Positions 23,705-34,754 of a DNA stretch of 64,000 nucleotides are shown here, in pieces (position 1 is the stretch's first letter; each line of letters opens with the position of its first letter). This stretch comes from Dicyema japonicum. Lineage: Eukaryota > Animalia > Dicyemida. The position numbers and the translations under genes were made by a program. The DNA is taken from positions 1 through 64,000 of the forward strand of contig RDEW01000084.1 in NCBI GenBank assembly GCA_011109175.1. The letters are read 5' to 3'. The notes beneath the pieces are model-generated. The model was not told the DNA's origin. It saw only the letters and a list, made by a program, of their open reading frames with translations, and did no database searches.

Positions 23705-26165
23705 ATGAAAAAGAATCCACAACAGTTCAGTCCCATACGAGCGATTTTCCTCAGTGAACGGGTAGATAGTTAACCCATCCGGTCTTTTCCCGTCTCCGCG
23801 GTCCAATCCCACGGGCTCCAATACTGCCGGGAAGCCTGCAACTTTAAGAGGACACATGACAATGTTGTTCATAGCAGCATGGCGGAGTGCTCTGCCCGAC
23901 TCCTTTTTCACGAAAGCAGATGCAGCCCTTTGGTATCGACGATCCTCCACAGACATTGGTGTTCGACACAAACATCAACTCCCAGCCGCCAATCCGAATA
24001 CAGTCATCGTCCAAAGGGTTCCCAGGGAGAATACTGGAGTGCATCTAGCCGCGCTTCCCTTTCATAGTTGGCGGTGGACACGAGGCATGCAAGACGATGC
24101 TGGTTGGCCTCAGACTTTAGCATGTCGAAGATATTCTTGGAGTAGATATCATCCCAGTCTCGTTGCCTCGAAGGATCGTTCGGCATATCCAAACCAGTTT
24201 CACACCATTCGCGACGAGCTTCATCGAAGACTCTTTCCCAAGAAAGTCCGGTTGTAAAACGTAGGATATCTTGGACCAAAAGGCTTCCACTTGAGAGCGA
24301 TGACACATATGCTGGAAAGGCGATCTCCAGCGCCGACCTGAGACCCGTTCCTCCGAGGCGTGTAGGAAGCTTGCATTGGTTCCAACTCGGCACATCAAAG
24401 TGGATGTTTAGAAGCAATTCAGCTGATTTTCTCAATGTCCTATCCAGTGACAGGAGGATGTCACGATGTTTGAAGCAGGGAGAACATCGGAGAGCATATA
24501 GGAGTTTGGGCAAGCCGATGCTATTCTTCAAAAGGAAGAACGCTGTATGACCATCGAGTAAGGAAAGTTTATCCGTGACTCTGGAGAGTTCATCCTCTTT
24601 TGTTTGTAGATGGCTCCGCAGTTCCTTTTCGTCAAGTGGGCACCCAAGAAAGTATGTCCGCTCCCTGGGTACGACAGTAATTCCAGGTAATACCGAGTTG
24701 AAAGACTCGACCACGTTGATGAAATCACTCTCCGAGTATGTGATATTTATTAGCTCCGATTTCTTTATGTTTATCTCAAGTCCGAGGTTTCGTAGTGCTG
24801 GCACGGCATGTGACAGAACGTCGTGTACTTTTCTCCACGGCCCTCCAATTGTGGCGTCATCAAGATACCAAAGGTTAAGTTGTGTGTTTATAGAGCGGAC
24901 AATTTCATCGATGGCCAGAGCGAAGAGTAGTGGACCAAGTGGGTCCCTTGTTGAACTCCGGTCTCCGAACAGATAATCTTGTCCCCGAAAACCAGTGAAG
25001 AATTGTTCCGTAAGCGAGGAAGACAAGTGGAATAAGTTCCGGGGCTCGTTTTGCTTGTAGTTTCGAAAATTTGATCCCTCCTCAATGAATTGAAGGCATT
25101 GCAGATGTCCAGCTTGACCCCAATGTGTGGGTTTTGTTCGTCATTCTGTCCAAAAAAACCTCGCAGCATGCACTGCCGCCTCGCATCCGTTCCTTACACC
25201 AACCCCAGTTGGAGGGGGGAAAATTCTTCAGATATTCTCGGACAGACAATGCTGCATGCATTTTCGCTGTCAGTCTTCTGAAATAGTTGCCGACTGCGAT
25301 GGGGCGGACCCTTCAGGTTTTTTGAAGGCCAATAGATGTGCACTGAAAAGAAGCTCCCTTGCGTGGGGAGGAATAACTCCGTTCAAAATACGCATAACCA
25401 GTTTTGTAATTGATTTAACAAGGTTGCAGCCAGCTTCTGCAGTAGCCTCCGCCGTAAGATCCTTGATGTGACCCGGCCGCGAGCCATCGATGCCTCCACT
25501 GCTACTCGCCGCAAAGACGAAATGCCGCGTCGCACTTCGCCTTCGGTGACGGTCATCCTTGACAAATTTCCCGGAAGCACGAATGGGCGGTAATCTGCCG
25601 GAGCATGGATGTTTTGTCTAGGTAATTCAAGCACCTCAGGCGTCGCAACCATGACAGTATCGTCGCTGGCAACGACGCGCAACGCCGCTCGGAATAGTTT
25701 ACGATTTACTCTCTCCAAGTTTTCCGGGCCATTCAAAAAAAACCGAAGGATTGAAAACAGGATGATTTCTGACTTCTGTCTGGTGAAGAATGCGCATAGA
25801 AAACCTGGATGTTCTTCTTCATTTTTGAGGAAAAAAAGTTCCAAGTGTCGTAGTTTTTCCTCCTGTGTTCCGTTGATCTCCTTTTGAGTCGATAAAAGGA
25901 ATTCCAAGGCCATCGGGCAAAACTGAGGAGTTTTAGCCAGGTCTCCTGGTCGTCGGACGTGAGAGCATCGTCAATTGCAGAGGCCAGGCATGTAGCCGCG
26001 GGGATCCGGACGGGTCTTGGGATCCTGATTGGGATCTTCCTAGCTTTTCTTAGATCCGACAAGAAGAGGAATTGGTTGTCCATATCATTGAAGTCTAGAG
26101 GCTCATTCGGTTCGACGTTTTCTTTCTTGGTTAAATTTTCTTTATTCAGTAAATTTGCTACTTTC
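23705..26165 (-). mobile_element. CRE-like non-LTR retrotransposon (RT + REL endonuclease), truncated at both ends, few lesions
   Basis: GSRPGHIKDL, QFGVGVRxGCEAAVHA, KLDICNAF, GVQQGxPLGP, WYLDDAT, a C-x-H zinc finger region, and LEPVGLDRGDGKRPDG (REL). Confidence 0.9.
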
Positions 26166-26190
26166 CTGCAACAAAATCAACATGAAATAA

Positions 26191-26450
26191 AATTATTCCA
26201 CGGATAAATCCAAACTAATTAATTCCTGACGTGTTCCAGCATAACCCCTACCCAAGAACAGTGATACAGAGGGCGTTGTCCGATTCCAGAACTTGTCGCC
26301 AGGGAATTAAATTGTCTCCCGTGGGAAGAATAGTTGGATACTTTTGAATGCCGGCCAGGCATTAGGCATCTCTTGAGTGAGGTGGATCCAATGGCGCTAT
26401 CAGCGGAAAGTTGAAGAAATTCTCAACCAATTAACCACATGGCGCCACAT
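26191..26450 (-). mobile_element. Family C element, copy 2
   Basis: Leader gtggcgccatgtggtta, core uuggaucc acc ucacuca aga gaugcc ua augcc uggcc ggcau ucaaaa guauccaa, and a LINE-type tail. Confidence 0.8.
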
Positions 26451-26574
26451 CGCACGCCTTAAATATACTTAATTTATGGTATTATTTTTAGTTTAAAAGT
26501 AAATACAAAATTAACAATTTCGTAAAATTGATTTATTTTTTATTTATCAATTTTTTGAAATTTTATCTAAAATA

Positions 26575-27110
26575 TTCCATGCGGCATTACACAGGCTGAA
26601 AAACCTATGGCTAAAACGGAAAGGGAATAACATAAAACAAAGGATATTGTTATACGACACCTTTATCAAACCAATCCTCCTATACAACTCTGGGACCTGA
26701 GGCACCTCAAAAGAGGATTAGGAGAGGCTAGACTCGTTTCACAGGAATCATCTAAGAAACATAACTGGAATGTCCTCGCCATCCAAGATCTCGCGGAAAG
26801 ACTGTACAATATGTGACTGCACGCCAATAAGTCTCGAGATCATTAACTCTGGTTGGAGACTTTTTGGACACGTGCTGAGGTTAGACTTACACCCCCCAGA
26901 ATATAACCATGGAAGACTCCTCCCATGTAAAACGCTCTCGTGGAGGACCGAGAACAACCCTCCCTGTCGTTTTACAAAACGATCTGAAAGCCGTAAAGAA
27001 AACATTTGCATTCTGGCGACGACCTGGACACACTGAGGGATCTGGCTAGGAACAGAAAAGCCTGGAATAAGTTAACTCTTAAAGATATAAGTACTCAAAT
27101 GAAACGGAGA
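26575..27110 (+). mobile_element. RTE-like LINE 3' part
   Basis: LYDTFIKPILLYNSGT*G...RLDSFHRNHLR...WRLFGHVLRL...RTTLPVVLQNDL. Confidence 0.85.
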
Positions 27111-27298
27111 GTACAGAAAAGGCCTCATATTTTTGCTTAGAAACGATAATTTAATTCTGATTTTATTTAGACTTTTCTTGAAAGGAAAGACAAAAAAGTT
27201 GAAATCTGGGTTGAAGTGGAACTAACTACACTAGTTGGTTAGAGGTGCGAAGGTGGGAGTCGTTAAGCTCCTGTGCGGCATAGATACTGTGGCTATTT

Positions 27299-27775
27299 TT
27301 GTCAAAGGAAGAGTTATTAAACGCGGGAGAATCCCACTTGTTACTAGGATTCAGGAAAGAGGACGACGCTTCAGCTTTCGAAGCTGAGGTCAATACAAAG
27401 GTACCTTTTGGGCCCGGGGCACATAACCTGTCACGGGTGATTCCTAAGGCTTCGGATTCAATAGTGCTAGTCTTCGGAGTCCCTCTGGACTTTGTAGATG
27501 ATAATGTAGTCGAAGACATCAAGAAGGACTCCAAAAGCTGGGGGAGGACTCCGGACCATGAAAGTCTTGCTTCGCTCTGGAGCAAAGGCAGAGAGGATCT
27601 GAATTGGGGAGGGGGGTCCAATTTGCGGAAAGCCTGCCAATCAAAAGTCTGGTCTCTCAAGTGCTTGAACTGTGGCGAGGAAACACAGGGCGAGTCATTT
27701 AAGATGCCCTGTATCAAAAGGCTACGGAGAAGGTACTACAGGGAGAAAACAGGCACCATCATCTGGAATGGCTAG
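27299..27775 (+). mobile_element. LINE ORF1 (gag-like) fragment
   Basis: VFGVPLDFVDDNVVEDI and a degenerate zinc knuckle KCLNCG; GC-rich island among LINE debris. Confidence 0.5.
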
Positions 27776-28204
27776 TGATGTAAGCGCTATCCATCGTATG
27801 GTAAGTGGATACCCAAACGCGCTTAGGGAAATTGCGTTGTGCTACAGAAAGGAAAATGCGCCGAAGGTATTTTTCAAATTTATGTCTAGGTTGAATTTTT
27901 TGATGGAAGATCGGTCTAATGTCAAGACTTAAAAAATAATTGTTTTTTATTATTTTAAATAAATTATTTGTTAAATCTAGCAATTGTATCTTGTTACCAT
28001 GAAAACACGTAAAAAACAGGTTGCCCATACGCATCAAGCCATTCATGTGACATAACAATAATAAATATTCCATGTTGTGATACCGCTCATGCAGAAACAA
28101 CTTAATCTCTTTAATCTACTATAAAATAATGAAGAATCTATTAATTTTTTACAAAAAGGGGGTTTTCCCGGTAAAAAAATATCGTAATCGTAATTTGTTT
28201 AATT

Positions 28205-28400
28205 ACCGATGGGTGGTGATGGAATATCGTAGAAATAGACGAATGTATATATTCCAAACGAAATAATAATTGTGAACGATTATTCACCCAACAATGGTTT
28301 TTTGCGGAAATTAAAGAATGTTTCTTCATGGAAATTCAAGATCACACTTTGAAAACACTTACAAAAGCGATAGTCTAGAATGTTACTGTTGGCTTAACAC
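28205..28400 (+). mobile_element. Merlin (IS1595/ISXO2-like) transposase fragment
   Basis: Frameshifted GGDGI.VEIDECIYSKRNNNCERLFTQQWFFAEIKECFFMEIQDHTLKTL resembles the Merlin VEIDES..KRKYNRGR...QWVFG...KECF motif. Confidence 0.7.
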
Positions 28401-28678
28401 TTGTATCTATTGGCGATAATTTGACCAACTATTGATCCGAGTACTGGCCCATACACAGCATAAAGAAAGTTTCTAACATCATTAAACTTTTGCAGATTGA
28501 GAGGTACTGCTAATTGCGAAACTATAAGGAGATGGGAACCACATGACACATTCTAAACAGCCATTTTTACCCTAACTCAACCTGTAAACCGAATCATGAA
28601 TTCAGCGCAATATTAATGGGAATACGGAATCTTTGGTCCATTTTCCTTCTAACCATATGGGAATTTACATACGAGGAC

Positions 28679-29293
28679 TTATCCCGTAAGCAAGCCTTTG
28701 AGCAAAATTTCGCGTTTTCTCAAATTTATGAGGATAGAGTCTATCTTTTTCGAATCGTACCATCCTTCTAAACTGCATAACATTGCAGGTAGTATCGCAG
28801 TGTTGAAGATATAAACAAAAGTCTCCGGCTCGAGCTTTAATTTTCTAACGCAGTAAAGAGCGTTAGTAGCTTTTTTCTTTCGTATTTTAGCATGTTCCAT
28901 AAAATTACCTCCCTCGTCAATTAGGAGGCCAAGGTATTTCATAGTTTTTTTCCGAGGTATGTCTTTTAACAAGCTTTTTAAGTTAGCCATTCTCTTGCTT
29001 CCAGTTATCCTCAGCATACCAGACATCTCACGTGGTGCCGAAAGGAAGTTTTCATTGCACCACTTTTGAATCTGATCCATGTATGTTTTCAAACGTTTCT
29101 CAGATACCAAAGGGTTTAAAGAAACATCATAAATTATGACGTCATCAGCGTATATCAAAATTTCTGTACGTGGGTTTTCTGGAGAAGGCAATTCACTCAA
29201 TTCAATGTTATAAATGACGGGAGGCCAAACAATTTCCAGGTTAGGATTTTCCTTAAGACAGAGTCGAAGGCCATTTGTAAATTGATCGAGCAA
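28679..29293 (-). mobile_element. Jockey/I-group-like LINE RT 3' half (same family as 22850)
   Basis: ILIYADDVII, MKYLGLLID, IFNTAILPAMLCSLEGW. Confidence 0.85.
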
Positions 29294-29887
29294 ACGACTG
29301 TTTTGAGATGGAGAGGATTGTGATCACTCATTAGTTCTGTGGATCACTCGGATGAATTGATCAGAAAAGTAATCCATACAATTTGGTTAAATTGGATTAT
29401 AAAAGTTCTTATTCCGTATGTGCTTTTTACTATACAGCAATATAATCTGGTTTGTGAAAAAACAAGTTATAAAGTTTAATTAATACTATAATTTTCAGAA
29501 TTTATGTTTTTTAAGAAAAAATTAAGTTCGTTAAGAAAAGGAATGATCCAAGTTGCTAAGAAAAAAATGAAGAAAATTGTAAAAGAGAATGCTCTTAATT
29601 CTCCCTGAATAATCCGAAACTTTTTTCAAAAATGTGTTGTTCCGATAAAAAAAAAGATAATTCACAAATCTCGTATGGTGCTTTAATCCCTAAAAAAGTG
29701 CCAGAATCGTTAAGAAAGACCCTTGCTTTGATTTAAGAGATGAATCCATGATCCTTTATTCCACACAAAATTCAAAAATGAGTTTATTGATAGCAAGTTA
29801 GTTTGTCTGGAGAAAGGCCTTTATCTGAAACCTTTTCTCTTGATGAATTAAATCTATCAATTGGAGGATGTGGCCATTTTGAATTGA

Positions 29888-30108
29888 GCAGGGTGGCATA
29901 GTGGTTAGGTGTCGGGCTTAAGTGACTAAGGTTACGGGTTCGATTCTCGCTGCTGTTTACCTGGTGGAAAGTTCCACGCATCTACGATGCTAAAAGGTTT
30001 GACGAGTGACGCATCATCAGTGGATACTCACTGCCGAACTTGATTGTCTAGAAGGGACCCACACACAAAAAAAAGAAAAAAAGAAGTCAAGATCATTCCT
30101 TGGTTCTA
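29888..30108 (+). mobile_element. SINE-A copy lacking the 3' tail
   Basis: Matches the consensus from the head to gatcattccttggttcta, then diverges. Confidence 0.9.
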
Positions 30109-31254
30109 GATCATGAAAAAAGCAGTCTTTAATCTAATTACCAAAAAAAATTATGGAAGGTTAAGGCTGATGGCCCAAAGTTTGACTGTACCCACGTGTG
30201 CACAATACTTGGGTTTACCCTCATTCTAGTTGTTTTCTTGACTGTAATTAAGAACTCAGACCTTACATCCTCCTATTTGACGAGTTTACCAGATTGGAGT
30301 GTTGCAGTTAAGCATTTTAATATCATTAAAAATGTTTATCGATAATATTCGATCATCTGATATCCCTAAACACCCTCTTCCATATTCACGATTAACTTTT
30401 CAATACGTTCACCTGGTGGCATTTAACAGAATTTTTTTACTTGTGGTGTCAAGCAGAAATGCAATTCAAGTAGCACACCAAAGATCCTTTTATATTTGTT
30501 AAAAATGATGTCGATCTAGTTTAGCTTCAATGTGACTGTCTTCCTTCCCGATTTTTTTTTACGTAAAAAATGGACGTGGACGACCTTCTGCATTCACCAT
30601 GAGCCGGTTTTCCATAATCCATGATCCGGTGCAGGTTAATTTGTATTGTTTCTTTGATTATAAAAAATAAGAATGACTATGTTAATACGGGTCAATCAAG
30701 ATAGATGCAATAACTAAAGAAAAGACATATCGAATCTCACATCGATTGACCCTTTAGTCATACTTCAAACTTAAAACTGGTTTCATTGCTTTTGATTTTC
30801 TCTCTACTTTAATTAGTGAGTTTGATGGTTAATAAATATTGATGGTTCATCAATGGTGTTGCTATATGTTGAAATGTTAGTTTTTGTTAACAATATATCG
30901 CTGTCAGTGGATATCGCATGTCCTCAAATTCATAGTTTAATGTCACGTCATTTCGGTTACAATAAAAGTTACATTCTTGATCTCATTTTTTAAATTTATT
31001 GAGCCAATTGCGGACATTTACTCCAAGAGAGATGGAAGACCGTGATACCGGCAGAGCGCTTTCCAAGCCTACTAGTTCCAGAGCCTACGGTAATCTAGCC
31101 CCCTTAAAAGAGCGCTTCATGACCTAGTAATTGATGGCATTCCTAGAAAACCAGCAGCTGTTGTGTCAGGAGGTGAAGCCCTTTGCGGTCAACAACAGAT
31201 CCACATCGGTAGAGGTGAAACTGACACTATTAAAATAATATTAACTCTCCCCTT

Positions 31255-31490
31255 CCGCTAAGAGTAGTAATGTTTCCATTACTCATCTCAGCTTAGGCAG
31301 AACTCACACTTTATTTAAAAAATAAAGAACAGCTACCCTAATTAATCCAATCCATTTATCAAAGACATCGAAGTTGTTTTTTTCTTTTTTTAGCGTTTGT
31401 GTCCCTGAGACAATCCGGTTCCACATTAATGAATCACTGATGAAAGAATCAGTCTTCACTCTCAGAAGCATCGTAAATGTTGACTCCATT
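31255..31490 (-). mobile_element. Divergent SINE-A subfamily (A2) copy with a different 3' tail
   Basis: Body motifs acgatgc, catcagtg, ggaaccggattgtc, A-tract, ctgttcttta and aataaagtgtg.g.tctgccta are collinear. The tail is replaced by an AGTAATG-GAAA-CATTACT hairpin. Confidence 0.65.
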
Positions 31491-31649
31491 ATATTGTGCT
31501 ATCCATAAAAATATAAAAAATACGACAACCACTCCACCAGATTCAATGTTCAGCCCGTTGTCGTATAGCGAGTCTTAGTGAGCAAGACGGTCTTTTTTCC
31601 AAGATCGCTTGGTTCCATAATATCGAAAGTGATTAATGAGCGTCGGGGA

Positions 31650-31912
31650 ACCGAATGTCTGTTCCAAAGGATTACTCTGGTAGTCTCTCTTCACACAAGA
31701 TCAGTCATCCAAATGACTCGTCTGGAGAGATGGGTCGATTCCTGAACTAATCGCCAGGAACGAAATTTCTCCCATTAGAATAAATAATTGGATCTTTTTG
31801 AATTCCAGTTAGGCATTGCCCGTCTCCTGAGTAAGGTAGACCTAATGACGCCATCAGAGGTATGGAGGAGAAATTTTAAAACAATTAGCCACATATAAGC
31901 AAATGGCGCCAC
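31650..31912 (-). mobile_element. Family C element, copy 3
   Basis: Core 31788-31855 reads GGCGUC A UUAGGUCU ACC UUACUCA GGA GACGGG CA AUGCC UAACU GGAAU UCAAAA AGAUCCAA. The left boundary is approximate. Confidence 0.7.
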
Positions 31913-31941
31913 TTGGTTTGCAATAATAAAAATTAGATTTA

Positions 31942-32147
31942 AATTATTCCAAAGACCAAGGGTAGTTAAACTACTAAATATTTCATCATGACTCGTTTTA
32001 GCATTCCAGAACTTGTCTCCAGGGGAAGAATAGTTGGATCCTCTTGATGCTGGCAATGCATTTGGCGTCTCCTCAGTGAGGTGGATTAATGACGCCATCG
32101 GAAGAAAGGAAAATAATTTATGATCAAATAGCCACATAGCACCACAT
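31942..32147 (-). mobile_element. Family C element, copy 4
   Basis: Core 32034-32099 reads GGCGUC AUUA AUCC ACC UCACUGA GGA GACGCC AA AUGC AUUGCCA GCAU CAAGA GGAUCCAA; tail ggtctttggaataa. Confidence 0.8.
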
Positions 32148-32199
32148 TTATTTTATTTATTTTTTTATAATAAAATAACTTTTTAACAAAGAAACAAAT

Positions 32200-32420
32200 G
32201 TCAGTTGAGGAAACCGGCTGCGTGGATTGCGAACGAGTTTTTTCGGAGTGTGGCCATTCCAATCTTTTGTCTCAGCCATAACTCTTCTCGTTGATCCCTA
32301 TTCTTTCTGGCAAGCATTCCTCAGAGTTCTCGCAAGAACTCAGCCGTCATTGGACCAACAGCTCCCGATGATTCGGCCGCAACAGGAGTAAATCATAGCG
32401 GTTTCCGAGGCAAGAATATT
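32200..32420 (-). mobile_element. CRE-like 3' end fragment
   Basis: Homologous to 49160-49380. Confidence 0.8.
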
Positions 32421-32434
32421 TCTTGATTTTTAGG

Positions 32435-32790
32435 TTTATTTATCTAACCCCAAGACCACCAGGAAAAATAGGTCAAAACTAACTAATTAGGTGATTCCAA
32501 CCTCCTGAAACATTTGAACTCTCTTCATTTAGTCTTCTGATGATCCAACCGCACTCGGAAGCGTCTTCTCTTCCTTCTGCAAAGGAATTCAATCGGCGTG
32601 CACTTTTTTATTACAGACCGAAATTCCTCTGCATGGGCCACCTTTTCCTTGAATGGGTTTCCCCGCAGAAGGGACAGTCCAACATCCCCGGACCTGTCCC
32701 TCTGCTCTCCTTCTATGGCTGGATGTATTTTATGGAATTTTCGTTATGGTTTCTCAAGCGACCATATTCGCCATTGTGCTGAGACTTAAA
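32435..32790 (-). mobile_element. Jockey/I-like LINE-B 3' end with tail
   Basis: Reverse complement matches 48880-49150, including cctaattagttagttttg...cctggtggtcttggggtt. Confidence 0.85.
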
Positions 32791-32799
32791 AGGCCTATT

Positions 32800-33340
32800 T
32801 GTTCGCAGTGTTGTTCTACAAAATTCAAAAATTAGTTGAAAGCCGACTGGCAAGGTTTAAGGACGTATGTGGACAATAGTCTCCTTGACCTTACTATGGT
32901 TAATTGCACAGTAGAGGAGGCGGCCAAGATTCTGTTCGCTATCATTCTGAAAGCTGATAAACTATTTACATCTGTCGTCTCTTACAAGAAGTTCAATCCA
33001 AGATTATCATCACAAATTGCGTCACTCATCAAGAAACGAGATTCGCTGAAGAAGAATAGAACAAAGACCAATAACTCCTTCTACTCCATACGTTCACCAA
33101 TATGGGTACAAGCAATGGGTTCTCACTCATCCCGACAGCAGGACCATCTTCTTTGACGAGGACAAGCGGCCCAGAAAATGCAAAGCCGACTTTTCTAATG
33201 TCCTCTCTGGGATGAAAAATACTGGAGACCTGTGTGTTCTTCTCCACCACACAATTTCAAATATGAGGTCCCCACAGCTGAACTTTATAACGAGCGACAA
33301 TAGTTCCCTCATTAATTATACTACCGCTATCAGTGACTAC
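32800..33340 (+). mobile_element. LINE ORF2 linker (EN-RT) fragment
   Basis: KADWQGLRTYVDNSL...SSQIASLIKKRDSLKK is similar to 61310-61420. Confidence 0.6.
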
Positions 33341-33599
33341 TTTATAGTTGCTGGATCCGTTATGGAAGAATTCCTATGATTTTGACAAGTCGGAGATCTC
33401 GGAGAATATTTTTTATTTCAGTGGGGTTGACTCGGCCTACGACGCTGTGCGTAACACGCAAAACGACAGTATTTTAGTATTGAAGACTATCTGAATTTTA
33501 AATACGGCTCTTGGGTGTCTGTGACGTCACCTATTTTGGGAAAGTATTGAATAGGTATCAACTGCACGTCCCCAGCTGGTATAAGTTAATCTCACTTTA

Positions 33600-34190
33600 G
33601 GGTCAAATGATGAGAATCATTCATGGGGGAAGTGTCCCTGGTTATTGGTTTTACATGGGAGTTATATATCTGATACCAAAATTTGAATACTCGTAATCGC
33701 CTAAGGAATTACGCCCAATATCCTCCCCCCATAACATAAAACAAAGAATAATGTTATACGACACCTTTATCTAACCAATCCTCCTATACAACTCTGGGAA
33801 CTGGGCCACCTAAAAAGAGGAATTCGAGAGGCTAGACTCGTTTCACAGGAATCATCTAAGAAACATAACTGGAATATCCTGGCCATCCAAGATCTCGCTG
33901 AGTGGACTGTACAATAAGTATGACTTTACACCATTAAGTCACGAGATCATTCGTTGGAGACTTTTCGGACACGTCCTGAGGTTGGACCCGATATCCCTTC
34001 CCCTCCTAATATCTCAATGGAGGATTACTACTCCTCCAATATAAAACGCTTTCGTGGAAGACCGAGAACTACCCTCCCGGTCGTTTTACAAAACGATCTG
34101 AAAATCGTGAAGAAAACAGGTGACGATCTGGACTCACTGAGGGATTTAGCTAAGAACAGAAGAGCTTGGAGCAACCTAACTAATTTTCTT
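33600..34190 (+). mobile_element. RTE-like LINE 3' part
   Basis: High nucleotide similarity to 26630-27070; RFRGRPRTTLPVVLQNDL. Confidence 0.85.
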
Positions 34191-34754
34191 ATATTTTTTG
34201 TTTCACATGCTATAAATATTTTGGCTCTCGTGAAAATGCTAATCATAATAATAACCTCCCCCGTTGTAAAAGCTAATGACGAAGTGTATAAATAGAATCT
34301 TAGAGAATATGTTGACGTTTTGGCCTTTTCTCTGAAAACCAAATGGGAACAAAGAGAATGTGTCAATGGGCGGAGAAACAAAGTGGGACTTCAATGAGGC
34401 AATAACTACATTTGCATTGAGCTAAGTGACAAACTAAACAATTCGGTTAGAAATCTATTGCTTAGAGGCCTATTATAATACTTTTTGAAATTACAGAGAA
34501 AACGGCGAATATCAGTTAGTTCTTAAAATAAACAAAGAAATGAAGAACGGTAAAGATATTGTACAAATACTTGAATTTGAAAGAGATGTTGTACTTTTCC
34601 CTAGTGGATTTAGAAAAAAATCAAAAAATGACATTTCTAAATCTATCATCACCATAAAATATAGCACCTTCGCTTCAACGGTCATTAAATTTTCGAGGTC
34701 TATCAAATTCATTTCAGTTAATATAAAGATTCAAAATTGAATTTAAAAAATATA

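Noticed and set aside
21250-28400. Microsporidian origin suggested by the R4-like, Merlin and Gypsy elements
   Set aside because: An intron-rich Rab11 and a GLDC gene do not fit microsporidia, and these TE families occur in many eukaryotes.
32050-32085. Hammerhead reading of the family C core (CUGAGGA)
   Set aside because: There is no GAAA after a stem II in any permutation, and two copies have CUCA instead of CUGA.
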